Shown: in pieces, positions 46,046-55,945 of the stretch
How the letters are laid out: every line of letters begins with the position of its first letter
How positions within the stretch are numbered: the stretch's first letter is position 1
Assembly: GCA_963700285.1 (NCBI GenBank)
Contig: CAVOXA010000010.1
Span: forward strand, 1,184,001 to 1,248,000
Length of the DNA: 64,000 nucleotides
Direction of reading: 5' to 3'
DNA from: an uncultured Chloroflexia bacterium
GTDB lineage: Bacteria > Chloroflexota > Anaerolineae > JAAYZQ01
The notes under the pieces: generated by a model
The model's input: the letters and a program-made list of their open reading frames with translations, nothing else
What the model was told of the DNA's origin: nothing
Databases searched by the model: none
Made by a program: the position numbers and the translations under genes

Positions 46046-46408
46046 CACATCCGAACGCAGACCACCTTCCACAACTTGGTCGCCGCTCAAGCCTTGTTTG
46101 TTCACCCAACGTTCTCCTACCGTCGCTCCCGTGACTTGCCAACACCACCAGTTTACCACGTTTCTCCAAGGCTGTCAACATGGACGCGGGAGCCCTCCCA
46201 TCCCACTTGATTTCTGGTGAATACTATTGTTTTCAGTCATAAAGCGCAAAAGTGTTTTGACTGGGCGATCCTCCCTCAGGTTCGCGCTGGCTACTGCCCT
46301 GCTACTGATAGATTTTGCCATGCGGCTGGGCACCAGAACAAGGCAGAAACCTGCGGCAGGGCGCCGCGCGCGACTTTTCTCCAACCCCAGATCCACCAAG
46401 TTGTCTAT

Positions 46409-46437
46409 TTTACAAATATCGGATCTTGGTGTATAAT
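46409..46437 (+). promoter_or_regulatory. Sigma70-type promoter for the GH-A-like paralogue
   Basis: TTTACA-17 nt-TATAAT. Confidence 0.65.
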
Positions 46438-46481
46438 AAATGTACTTATCGGTTGATATGCGCTGAAAAAGGGGGTATGCT

Positions 46482-48690
46482 ATGGTAAAGAGAAAAAAGA
46501 TGGACATTCCAGTAGAAGTGAGCGGTCGACTGGTGACGAACCGGGGAGTACACCTGCAACCCTTTGGACACCATGGAGATTGGCTAAACAACGCCTCCTA
46601 CTGGGTGGACCTACTGGTGAGTATGGGAATGTCCTGGGTTGTGCTTCTCACCGACAGCGATGCTGTGCGGCAGACGCACTATGGCTTGAACCCTCTGAAG
46701 GTACTGCTGGACGCAGGCATCATCCCCATCATCCGCGAACAGCGGGATTTCCCCAGGCCCTTTACTGATCACGATACCTTCCGGTGGACGGTGGATCTGT
46801 ATGGGCAGTATGGCCTCAAACCGTTTTGGATCATCCGCAATGAGCCCTTTGACGATCGAGAATGGGCCAAACATCGCGTGCCGCCCGACGCCTGGGACAT
46901 CATTATGAGCGTCTGGACCCAAGCGGCCAGCTTTATCGCCGCCAATGGCGGCTATGTCGGATTTCCCGATGGTCCCTGCTATGACTTTAACCCCTTTGAA
47001 AGCATAAAGGCCTTTGACTGCCGGTGGATCTTTGATGAGGGTCTTGGCTTCTACACCGGCCATCACTATGGCAAGAACCGGCCCCGTGATTATCCTTACG
47101 ACGCCGTTACTCGCCATGGCGCGCAGTTGACCGAGGAGGCATATCAGCGGATCCTGGACGACTATGCCGGCGATAGTACCTGGCGGGAAGAACCCATTGA
47201 GCTGCTTAACCAGCGGCGCAGCGAGTTGCAATCTGCCACGCTGACGGCCCTTGAGGACGATACCTGCTGGCGAGGCTGGGAAAAGATCGCCCGCTGGTCC
47301 CTGGAAACGCTTGGGTATGCGGCGCCCATGGCCATGACAGAAGGCGGCTGGGTACCGCGAGATCGCCCGGGTACAGGACACAACACGGACATCCGCATGC
47401 CATACACCACGCCCAAGATGGTGGCAAAAAAGACGCTGCAGATCTTTGATACGCCTTCCCCCTTCTTTGCCATCTGTCCCTGGCTGTTGGCCGACGAAGA
47501 CATGGGGGGCAGCGGTTGGCCTTTCGATGCCTGGCACGGCTGGGCTTACAGCGAAAAGTACGGACGCAAAAAGCCGGTCATTACCACCCTCCAGCAAAAC
47601 CCTCCTAAGGAGATCCAACCCCGAACCGAGCCAATGGTCATTGATGTGGATGGTGATACCCGAGACTGGAATTGGGTGGACCAGACTTATGGAACCAGCT
47701 ACCGCCGGGGCAAGACCTCTCTGCGGCTTATCGAAGTCCATGAAAGTGAGGGGCCTGCAACCCTGGATGTGTGGGTGGTGGACGCCGCTGGCCTGCCTGT
47801 CAGTGGGGCCCAATTCTACTACTATCACCCCGACGCACCCACCATTGAGGTGGGAGAGTGGTACAGCCAGGGTGATCTCAAAACCACGGGCCCCGATGGC
47901 AGGCTGCGATTCGCACTACCGGCCAGCAGCATCCCGTGCGCGCCGGGCGGGTGCCAGGGTGCCATTTGGCCCAAGGGCCAGGGCGATGTGCTGGAGAAGC
48001 TGGGAATGCTGGCCGGTACGCGAAACCGTCACTTGAACGGCATGTGGCAGATGGTAGAGCCGGGTACTCCATTCCTGCCCAATCCGGAGCCCGATCCGGA
48101 ACCCACTCCAGTACCGGAACCCACCCCGGATCCGCAACCGCAACCCCAGGAAACAGGTTGGGAGATGTCAGTGGCGTACCAGGCCGGCCCACAGGTCATA
48201 GCTGGAACATTCCCCTACCCTGGCATCGACTTGACGGTTGCCGATCCATGGAACAATGCCAGCATTGTGACCAGTGGATCCAAGCCAGAGCACGGGGAGG
48301 GTGGCTTTGAGGTGCTCGCTCCACACCAGGTTGCCTACACCTTGGCTTTCCTGGGTGAGACCTTTGAAGTGCAGGTCAGAGAGGGAACCACGCTGGTTAC
48401 TTTCGACCGCATAGAGCCGCCTGCGCCCGTACCTGAGCCGGTACCTGTACCTGAGCCTGAGCCTGTACCTGAGCCCGAGCCTGTACCTGGACCTGCACCT
48501 GAGCCGGACCTGACCTGTACCTGTACCTGTACCCGGACCTGCCCCTGAGCCTGAACCCGAGCCTGAACCCGAGCCTGAACCCGAATCTGAAGTGGAAGCT
48601 GATCCCGGCCCACCAGGCGCGCGCTGGACAGCAATTCTTGAAAAGCTTGAGCAGATTGAATCCCTGATTGCCAGGCTGCCTGAAGAGTAG
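46482..48690 (+). CDS. Paralogue of the N-terminal ~530 aa of the 8829 protein; frameshift within the PE/PV tract near 48510
   Basis: Shared [34 protein letters not shown] and NRHLNG. After the slip it continues APEPEP...RWTAILEKLEQIESLIARLPEE with the stop at 48690. Confidence 0.8.
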
Positions 48691-48751
48691 CACTGAACCA
48701 GATACTCGGCTGGCTTCTGCTCTCTGTCTGCGGCATTCCTCTACCCATGAA

Positions 48752-48780
48752 AATCCCCCCTCCAATTCGGAGGGGGGATT
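48752..48780. terminator. Hairpin between convergent genes (probably bidirectional terminator)
   Basis: AATCCCCCCTCC-AATTC-GGAGGGGGGATT; the minus strand continues into a T run. Confidence 0.75.
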
Positions 48781-48891
48781 GTGCCTGTCGGTGCTCGGCT
48801 TCAGGCAGTGCTACCCACAGGGTTGCCCAAGGCCAGATCTCACGGGCGCCGCTGCTCTGCAACAAGCGTTGGCCAGCGACGAACCATGGCC

Positions 48892-49653
48892 CTAGCCCAG
48901 GTCACCCAATTCATACAGGATGGCGGCTGCGGCTACAATGCCCGCGGTCTCGGCCCGCAGGATGCGAGGTCCCAGTGTCACGGGAATGAGACCATAGCGC
49001 CGGCCCTGGGCTACTTCTTCCGGCGTGAACCCACCTTCAGGCCCTACAAAGAGGTTGATGGTCAAGGGTGGCCGGCCTCGTTCCTGTCCGGCAGGGGCAT
49101 CGCGGAGTACTTGATGCAACCCCGGTAAAGATCCTTCCTCCCACGGAATCAGTGAGAGCCCGCTCGAACTCCGCGCTTGATCGCATGCCTGAAGGAAAAA
49201 AGTGGCGGGACGGAGGGCAGGTTTCCGGCCTCGCCGGCACTGTTCAGCGGCTTCCTGAATGATCCATTCCCAGCGACGGTTCTTTTTCTCCACAGCGTCC
49301 AGGTCGCGGACGACGCACCTCTCGGCTACGACCGGGGTGAATTCCACGACCCCGACCTCGGTTCCCTTTTGCAGGCACAACTCGAAGCGGTTGCTCTTGA
49401 GCACTCCCTGGTAGAGGCTGATCTTGGTCCGGGGTTCGGCAGCGGACAGTCGCCGGCGGATCACTTCTCCAGTCACGGCATTCTGTTCCACACGAGTCAG
49501 TCGCGCGTGGATCTCCCATCCCGAGTTATCGAGTACGATCACCTTGTCGCCTGGGCGCATTCGCAGGACGCGGGCGATCTGGTGGGCCTGCGGGCCGCTA
49601 ATTGATACCTCGTTGCCTCTGACCCAGGAAGATGGGATGAAAAAGCGGTGCAT
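48892..49653 (-). CDS. rsmE: 16S rRNA m3U1498 methyltransferase
   Basis: HQIARVLRM, KGTEVGV, EAAEQCRR, VGPEGGF and LGPRILRAETA motifs. Confidence 0.96.
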   Translation of the reverse strand: MHRFFIPSSWVRGNEVSISGPQAHQIARVLRMRPGDKVIVLDNSGWEIHARLTRVEQNAVTGEVIRRRLSAAEPRTKISLYQGVLKSNRFELCLQKGTEVGVVEFTPVVAERCVVRDLDAVEKKNRRWEWIIQEAAEQCRRGRKPALRPATFFLQACDQARSSSGLSLIPWEEGSLPGLHQVLRDAPAGQERGRPPLTINLFVGPEGGFTPEEVAQGRRYGLIPVTLGPRILRAETAGIVAAAAILYELGDLG

Positions 49654-49659
49654 GGGCTC

Positions 49660-50634
49660 CTACCTTCTCTGGGCTACCAGGCATACCCAGTCCTGCTCCT
49701 GAGCCCGGCCAACGATCTGAAGGCCCGCATCCTGAAGGGCATCCCTGACATCCCCTTCCTGGTCATCTATCAGTCCGGCCGCGATCATGCGCCCGCCTGG
49801 GCCAAGCCGTGCCGCCAGAGAGGGAGCCATGCCAATGACCACTCTGGCCAGGATGTTGACCAGTACCAGGTCAAATTGGCCGGCCTCGAGGATGCCTACT
49901 GTGCGGTCCTCGCCGCCTTCCCTCAGCCCCCATCCAGCCGTCGTTCCTCCGGGCAGAGAGCCGTGCTGAAGCGTAACGCCGTGGGCTACTCCGTTCAGCG
50001 CGACGTTCTCACGAGCGACAGATATGGCCACAGGGTCGGCATCCAGAGCTAGCACAGAGCCCGCACCCAGTTTGATGGCGGCGATGGCCAGCACGCCCGA
50101 GCCAGTCCCCACGTCCAGGACTGTACAGCCAGGTGTCAGGCTTGTCTCCAGAGCCTCCAGGCACAGACGGGTCGTAGGGTGGAGGCCGGTACCGAAGGCC
50201 ATCCCCGGTTCCATGTGGATGACGGCCTCACCCGGCGCCGGTGTGTACGCTTCCCAGGCAGGCACAATGACGGTGCGCCGGCCCACGCGCAGCATATGGT
50301 AGTGCTGCTTCCAGGCTTCAACCCAGTCCTCCTCCGCCCGGGGCACGACGACCGGATCGGGGATAGGATAGATCTGTCCCAGATGCCATAGGCCCTCTCT
50401 CAGACATTGCTGTGCCTCCTCCGCAGTGCCATCCAGGGGCAGATACGCCTTGACGATGACCTCTGAGGGCGGTGGGGCGGTCGCCAGATCGGGTTCAAAA
50501 CAATCTACGGGCACTTCGATGACGGCGCCGCCCTGGCCATAGCGGTTGAACAGCTCGGCCACGGCTTCGGCCGCTTCACTATCTGTCGTTACACTGAACT
50601 CAAGCCATTCCAACTCGGCCCCCACACGTGCCAA
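49660..50634 (-). CDS. prmA: Ribosomal protein L11 methyltransferase
   Basis: EEDWVEAWK, EPGMAFGTGLHPTT and LDVGTGSG motifs. Confidence 0.96.
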   Translation of the reverse strand: MARVGAELEWLEFSVTTDSEAAEAVAELFNRYGQGGAVIEVPVDCFEPDLATAPPPSEVIVKAYLPLDGTAEEAQQCLREGLWHLGQIYPIPDPVVVPRAEEDWVEAWKQHYHMLRVGRRTVIVPAWEAYTPAPGEAVIHMEPGMAFGTGLHPTTRLCLEALETSLTPGCTVLDVGTGSGVLAIAAIKLGAGSVLALDADPVAISVARENVALNGVAHGVTLQHGSLPGGTTAGWGLREGGEDRTVGILEAGQFDLVLVNILARVVIGMAPSLAARLGPGGRMIAAGLIDDQEGDVRDALQDAGLQIVGRAQEQDWVCLVAQRR

Positions 50635-50670
50635 ACGTCAGACGAGGCCCGCGGCCTCGTCTGAACCTCC

Positions 50671-51792
50671 CTATATGCCCAATGCCTCTCTGAGCTTACT
50701 GAGCAGGCCCTTCTCCGGTTGGTGAACGACCTCCCTGCCCAGGGTCGCGCCCAACTCCTGGAACAATTCCCGTTGTCGCGGTGTTAGCCGCGAAGGGGTC
50801 CGAACGTGAACGATGATCACCTGGTCTCCGCGACCGTTGCGCCGCAGATAGGGCACGCCTTTGCCCCGCAGCCTGAAGGTCTCGCCTGTCTGCGTACCGG
50901 CCGGAATGGTCAGATCTTCGTCTCCATCCAGCGTGGGTACCGAAACCGCGTCGCCCAGCGCAGCCTGAGCAATATTGATATCCAATTCCAACATGACGTT
51001 GTTTTCGTCACGGCGAAAGGTGGGATGGGGCTGGACGCTCAGCACGACGTAGAGATTGCCCGTTGGGCCGCCACCCGTGCCCGGTTCGCCCTCTCCGGCC
51101 AAACGGATGCGCGTCCCATTGTCAACGCCCGCCGGGATCCTGACCGAGATGGTCCGCTCCACCTGGACAACCTTCTGGCCGTGGCAGCTCGTGCAGGGCG
51201 TGGTTACGATCTCCCGCTCCCCCTGACAGCGGGGACAGGTGGCTACCTGTACAAAAGAACCCAGGATGGTCTGCTGCTGGCGGCGGACCTCGCCGGTACC
51301 ATTGCATTGGGGGCAGCGGATCGGGTGCGTTCCCGGTTCAGCCCCGCTTCCCTGACAATGGGGACAGGTCTCGTGGCGGAGAACGAGAATCTCCTTTTCG
51401 GCGCCAAAGACTGCTTCTTCGAACTCGATGGTGAGATCGTAACGCAGGTCGGTTCCCCGGGTGGGCCCTCGGCGTGACGTCCCTGTCCGCATGCCACCGA
51501 AAAAGCTCTCAAAGATGTCCTCGATGCCGCCAAAGCCGCTGAAATCGCCCTGGCCACCAAAACCGCTCTGGGGGCCGGCATGACCAAAGCGATCATACAT
51601 GGCTCGTTTTTCAGGGTCCGACAGCACCTCATATGCTTCGTTGATCTCCTTGAAGCGTGTCTCGGCGTTGCCGTCCTTGTTCACATCCGGGTGATATTGG
51701 CGGGCCAGGCGACGAAAGGCTTTCTTGATCCCCTCTTGGGTTGCCTGCCGGTCTATCCCCAGTACCTGGTAGTAATCGCGTTTGGCACTCAT
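50671..51792 (-). CDS. dnaJ: Chaperone DnaJ
   Basis: J-domain HPD, G/F region and four CxxCxGxG-type repeats. Confidence 0.98.
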   Translation of the reverse strand: MSAKRDYYQVLGIDRQATQEGIKKAFRRLARQYHPDVNKDGNAETRFKEINEAYEVLSDPEKRAMYDRFGHAGPQSGFGGQGDFSGFGGIEDIFESFFGGMRTGTSRRGPTRGTDLRYDLTIEFEEAVFGAEKEILVLRHETCPHCQGSGAEPGTHPIRCPQCNGTGEVRRQQQTILGSFVQVATCPRCQGEREIVTTPCTSCHGQKVVQVERTISVRIPAGVDNGTRIRLAGEGEPGTGGGPTGNLYVVLSVQPHPTFRRDENNVMLELDINIAQAALGDAVSVPTLDGDEDLTIPAGTQTGETFRLRGKGVPYLRRNGRGDQVIIVHVRTPSRLTPRQRELFQELGATLGREVVHQPEKGLLSKLREALGI

Positions 51793-51797
51793 AGTTT

Positions 51798-51903
51798 AGG
51801 TTCAAAGTTCGAGGTTCGAAGTTCAATGTTCGAAGTTTAATGTTCGACGTTCAAAGTCCGAAAGACCTCGATGATCGAACGTCGAACCCAAAACCTCGAA
51901 CTC
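51798..51903. repeat. Heptamer (GTTCRAN) tandem repeats forming a long imperfect hairpin between dnaK and dnaJ
   Basis: GTTCAAA GTTCGAG GTTCGAA GTTCAAT GTTCGAA... followed by TCGAAC units. Confidence 0.8.
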
Positions 51904-51905
51904 TC

Positions 51906-53798
51906 CTATGCCTCGCTAAACTCCCCCTCGACTACATCCTCATCGTCATCCGCAGGCGCGGCAGTGTCCTCCCCTTCAGGGGGCGGCGAGCCAGGCTGCT
52001 GGTACATCGAAGCGCCCATCTTCTGCACGGACTCTGAGAGTTCCTGGACCGCGCGCTGAATGGCCGCAACGTCCGACCCCTGCAATGCCGAGCGACAGGC
52101 TGTGACTTTTTCATTCACCTCGCCCTTAATGCCGTCGGGCATTTGCTCTCCCTGCTCGCGGATCAGCTTTTCGGCCTGGTAGATAAGCGAGTCGGCGTTG
52201 TTGCGAACCTCCACTTCCTCCCGCCGTTTCTGGTCTTCCTGTCCATAGCGCTCGGATTCTTGCACCATGCGATCGACTTCCTCACTGCTCAACCCGCTGG
52301 ATGCTGTGATGGTGATCGACTGCTCGCGCCCGGTGGCTTTGTCCTGGGCCGAAACGTGCAGGATGCCGTCGGCGTCGATGTCAAAGGTCACCTCGACCTG
52401 GGGAATCCCTCTGGGGGCCGGGGGAATGCCATCCAGGATGAACTTGCCCAGCGTCTTGTTGTTGACTGCCATGGGGCGCTCGCCTTGGAGTACGTGGATC
52501 TCGACGCTGGTCTGGCCATCGGCGGCGGTGGAAAAAATCTGGCTTTTTTTGGTGGGAATTGTAGCGTTGCGCTCGATGAGCGGCGTCGATACGCCTCCCA
52601 GCGTCTCGATGCTCAGGGTCAGGGGCGTCACGTCCAGCAGGAGCACGTCCTTGACTTCCCCCCCCAGGACCCCAGCCTGGATCGCCGCCCCCAGGGCCAC
52701 GACCTCATCGGGGTTGACACCCTTGTGCGGCACCCTGCCAAAGAACTTTTGCACAGCCTCCTGGATGGCCGGCATGCGAGTCATGCCACCTACCAGCAGG
52801 ACCTCGTCAATCTCGTCCGCAGACTTCTTGGCATCACTCAGCGCTTGCCGGCAGGGGCCGAGTGACTTTTCGATCAGATCCTCCACCAACTGTTCCAGTT
52901 TGGCTCGGGTCAAGGTCATCTGCAGGTGCTTGGGGCCGCTGGCGTCGGCGGTGATGAACGGGAGGTTGATCTCGCTCTGCATCGTCGTCGAGAGTTCGAT
53001 TTTGGCCTTTTCGGCAGCCTCTTTGAGGCGTTGCAAGGCCATCCGATCCCCTCGCAGGTCGATCCCCTGCTCTTTGCGGAATTCGTCGGCGACCCAGTTG
53101 ATGACGCGCTGATCAAAGTCATCCCCGCCCAGGAAGGTGTCGCCATTGGTCGAAAGCACCTCGAATACCTCGTCGCCCACGTCGAGGATACTGATGTCAA
53201 AGGTACCGCCACCCAGGTCATACACGGCAACCCTTTGATCGACCCCTTTGCCCAACCCATAGGCCAGGGATGAAGCGGTGGGCTCGTTGATGATGCGCAA
53301 TACATTCAGCCCAGCGATTCTGCCTGCATCCTTGGTTGCCTGGCGCTGGCTGTCGTTAAAATAGGCCGGAACAGTAATGACCGCATCTACCACCGACTGG
53401 CCCAGGTATGCCTCTGCATCCTGCTTGATCTTTTGCAGGATCATGGCCGAGATCTCGGGCGGCGAATAGTCCTTGCCCCCCATCGTCACCCAGGCATCAC
53501 CGTTGGGCTGATTGCTGATGCTGTAGGGCAATATCTCACGTGCCTTGGCGACCTCGGGCTCGCTGTATTTCCGCCCCATCAGCCGCTTGATGGAAGAAAT
53601 GGTGTTCTCGGGGTTGGTGATGGCCTGCCGTCGGGCAACCTGCCCGACCATCCGCTCGCCGGTTTTGGGATTGACCGCTACCACCGAAGGGAACAGGCGC
53701 CCCCCCTCCGAGCTGGAGATGATGGTTGGTTCACCGCCCTCCATGACAGCGCACACAGAGTTGGTTGTACCCAGGTCAATGCCGATGGTTTTTGCCAT
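51906..53798 (-). CDS. dnaK: Chaperone DnaK
   Basis: [26 protein letters not shown] and NPDEVVA motifs. Confidence 0.99.
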   Translation of the reverse strand: MAKTIGIDLGTTNSVCAVMEGGEPTIISSSEGGRLFPSVVAVNPKTGERMVGQVARRQAITNPENTISSIKRLMGRKYSEPEVAKAREILPYSISNQPNGDAWVTMGGKDYSPPEISAMILQKIKQDAEAYLGQSVVDAVITVPAYFNDSQRQATKDAGRIAGLNVLRIINEPTASSLAYGLGKGVDQRVAVYDLGGGTFDISILDVGDEVFEVLSTNGDTFLGGDDFDQRVINWVADEFRKEQGIDLRGDRMALQRLKEAAEKAKIELSTTMQSEINLPFITADASGPKHLQMTLTRAKLEQLVEDLIEKSLGPCRQALSDAKKSADEIDEVLLVGGMTRMPAIQEAVQKFFGRVPHKGVNPDEVVALGAAIQAGVLGGEVKDVLLLDVTPLTLSIETLGGVSTPLIERNATIPTKKSQIFSTAADGQTSVEIHVLQGERPMAVNNKTLGKFILDGIPPAPRGIPQVEVTFDIDADGILHVSAQDKATGREQSITITASSGLSSEEVDRMVQESERYGQEDQKRREEVEVRNNADSLIYQAEKLIREQGEQMPDGIKGEVNEKVTACRSALQGSDVAAIQRAVQELSESVQKMGASMYQQPGSPPPEGEDTAAPADDDEDVVEGEFSEA

Positions 53799-53932
53799 GA
53801 TTCTACTCCTTGGTTCTGTCCCAGACCCTCAGGGTCTTTGGTTGTAGTGCGTAGCCTTGCTAGCACTGAACGTTTTTGGTGTTTCCGTATCGCCGGCCTT
53901 TACCAGAGGTCCCAAGGGTCCTCCGGTACGGA

Positions 53933-54622
53933 CTAGGCCTGCTCCTCATTCTCAGGTTCGGGGTCGGGCGGTATTCCTGCCGAGACGCGAACCACGCTGG
54001 GGCGCAACACACGGTCTCCCATCCGGTAGCCTTTTTGCAGTTCGGCGATAACCTGTCCTGCCGGCACGGTTTCTGAGGGCTCGTGTGTGAGAGCCTCGTG
54101 CAAGAAGGGATCGAATTCCTGGCCTACCGCCTCGATGACCGTCACACCAGATTGCGCCAGCAGCCGCTCCAGGTTGCGCCGGATCAACACGATCCCCTCG
54201 ATCCAGGGTAGGTCCGAAAGGTTCTCAGGCATCGTCTCCAGTGCTCGCTGGAAATCATCGACGATAGGCAGTACCCTGGCCAGTGCATCGCCCTTGGCGT
54301 TGGCATAGGTCTGTTCTTGCTCGCGCTGGAACCGCTTGCGGGCATTGGAAAGTTCAGCCCTGGCGCGCTGCCAACCATCCAGGTATTCGGCCTCTTTGGC
54401 TTTGGTTTCGGCCAGCTCCTGACGGAGGGCAGTCAGCTCATCAGTTTCCGTCTCCCTGCTGGGCGATTCCTCCCCTTCTCCAACTGGTTGCTCGCTCTGA
54501 TCCTCTTGAAGCCCCTGTCTCGAGGCATCCCCCCAGCCAGCGGAGGGGTCCGTCGAAGGCATCGATCCCCCTTGGTCCTGCTCTTCTATCGTTTCGGCTG
54601 CTTTTTGCTTTTTGTTAGACAT
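53933..54622 (-). CDS. grpE: Nucleotide exchange factor GrpE
   Basis: RARAELSNARKR, FDPFLHEA and GY...RVLRPS.V.V motifs; overlaps the hrcA stop. Confidence 0.95.
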   Translation of the reverse strand: MSNKKQKAAETIEEQDQGGSMPSTDPSAGWGDASRQGLQEDQSEQPVGEGEESPSRETETDELTALRQELAETKAKEAEYLDGWQRARAELSNARKRFQREQEQTYANAKGDALARVLPIVDDFQRALETMPENLSDLPWIEGIVLIRRNLERLLAQSGVTVIEAVGQEFDPFLHEALTHEPSETVPAGQVIAELQKGYRMGDRVLRPSVVRVSAGIPPDPEPENEEQA

Positions 54623-55670
54623 GTTGTTCCTCGTTCGCTCGCGGTTCTTCGATCCCGCCATATAGTTCGCGGAACAGGTCGCTCATCAGCCTGGCCACGT
54701 AGCGCACCGTCGAGATGGCCCGGCTGTAGGGCATTCGCATCGGCCCCATCACTCCCAGCGCGCCAATGGCCTCGCCGCTGACGCCATAGGGAGAAACTAC
54801 CAGGCTGCATTCGCTCAGCTCATTCCAACGCCCCTCGCCACCAATGACCACCTGGACACCGCCAACCTCCAGCATGTCGGTAAGCAGATCCTCCATGAGG
54901 GTTCGATCTTCAAACAGGTGGACGATGCTCCTGGCGCTCTCGGGCACGGAGAACTCGGGCTGGTACAAGATGTTGCTCAGCCCATCCCGGTATAGGTGGA
55001 GACCGGCCTGATTATCCACCCGTGTCATTACCTGCACTACGACATCCAGAACCTGCTGCTCAAAGGCTCCCAATTGCCCGCGGCAGGCCTTCACCCGTTG
55101 GACAGATGCTCCCACACACAGGTCATTCAACCGGTTGGCGATCTGGCTCAGCGAGTCCTGCTGGACCGGCTCATCCAGAGACAGCATCTGCTGGCGCACG
55201 ATGCCACCCTCCAGCACGGCGATGAGCATGCCCATGGTGTCATGGATGGAAATCAACTGCAAGTGCCTGAGACGGCAACCTTCGGTCTTGAGGCTGGTCA
55301 CAACGGAGGCAGATTGGGCTGTGCGGGCCAGCACCGAGGCCGCTAGCCTCATCCACTGTTCCAGGTCGACCCCCACCTGGTGAAACTGGTGGCGGATGGT
55401 CCTTTGCTCGTCCGGCGACAGTTGCGACTCCTGCATAAGGCGTTCCACAAAGTAGCGGTAGCCCCGCTCCGTGGGTACGCGCCCCGCCGAGGTGTGTGGC
55501 TGAATCAAATAGCCCGATTCTTCCAGGACAACCATCTCGTTGCGGATAGTAGCCGAGCTGACTCCCAAGCCATAGCTCTCAATGGTCTTGGAGCCAATGG
55601 GCTGCGCGGCCGAGACATACTCCCGGATCACGAGAGCCAGGATCAATTGTTGACGCGGCGTAATCTCCAT
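54615..55670 (-). CDS. hrcA: Heat-inducible transcription repressor
   Basis: VSSATIRNEM, QPHTSAGRVPT and GPMRMPY motifs. Confidence 0.97.
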   Translation of the reverse strand: MEITPRQQLILALVIREYVSAAQPIGSKTIESYGLGVSSATIRNEMVVLEESGYLIQPHTSAGRVPTERGYRYFVERLMQESQLSPDEQRTIRHQFHQVGVDLEQWMRLAASVLARTAQSASVVTSLKTEGCRLRHLQLISIHDTMGMLIAVLEGGIVRQQMLSLDEPVQQDSLSQIANRLNDLCVGASVQRVKACRGQLGAFEQQVLDVVVQVMTRVDNQAGLHLYRDGLSNILYQPEFSVPESARSIVHLFEDRTLMEDLLTDMLEVGGVQVVIGGEGRWNELSECSLVVSPYGVSGEAIGALGVMGPMRMPYSRAISTVRYVARLMSDLFRELYGGIEEPRANEEQHV

Positions 55671-55724
55671 CTTTTCCCCAAATCATCCATACCGGCACAA
55701 ACACTGACCTATTTGAATAGATCG

Positions 55725-55751
55725 TTAGCACTCAAGGGCAGAGAGTGCTAA
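55725..55751. promoter_or_regulatory. CIRCE element
   Basis: Perfect TTAGCACTC-N9-GAGTGCTAA. Confidence 0.97.
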
Positions 55752-55766
55752 CGATCTCCTTTTCAG

Positions 55767-55795
55767 ATAATACCACGAACCACACTTGCTGTCAA
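55767..55795 (-). promoter_or_regulatory. Sigma70-type promoter of the hrcA-dnaK operon
   Basis: Minus strand TTGACA-17 nt-TATTAT with TG extension. Confidence 0.8.
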
Positions 55796-55945
55796 GAAGT
55801 GGAGCGCACAAGTCTGGGAGAATTGCATTTGACTGAAGACAGGCGTCTCTCCCGGTGGCGTCCCGGGCAGGCAGGCACGCCTTCTGGATCGTGGACCGGG
55901 TGAACCACCCTCAAGACAAGGGCTGGAGATCCTTCGGATAGGTGC

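Noticed and set aside
46215-46345. Riboswitch upstream of the cNMP-TPR gene
   Set aside because: Only one weak CAGTCA/TGACTG stem and no recognisable consensus.
53860-53886. Second CIRCE upstream of dnaK
   Set aside because: Only the left half (CTAGCACTG) resembles the consensus.
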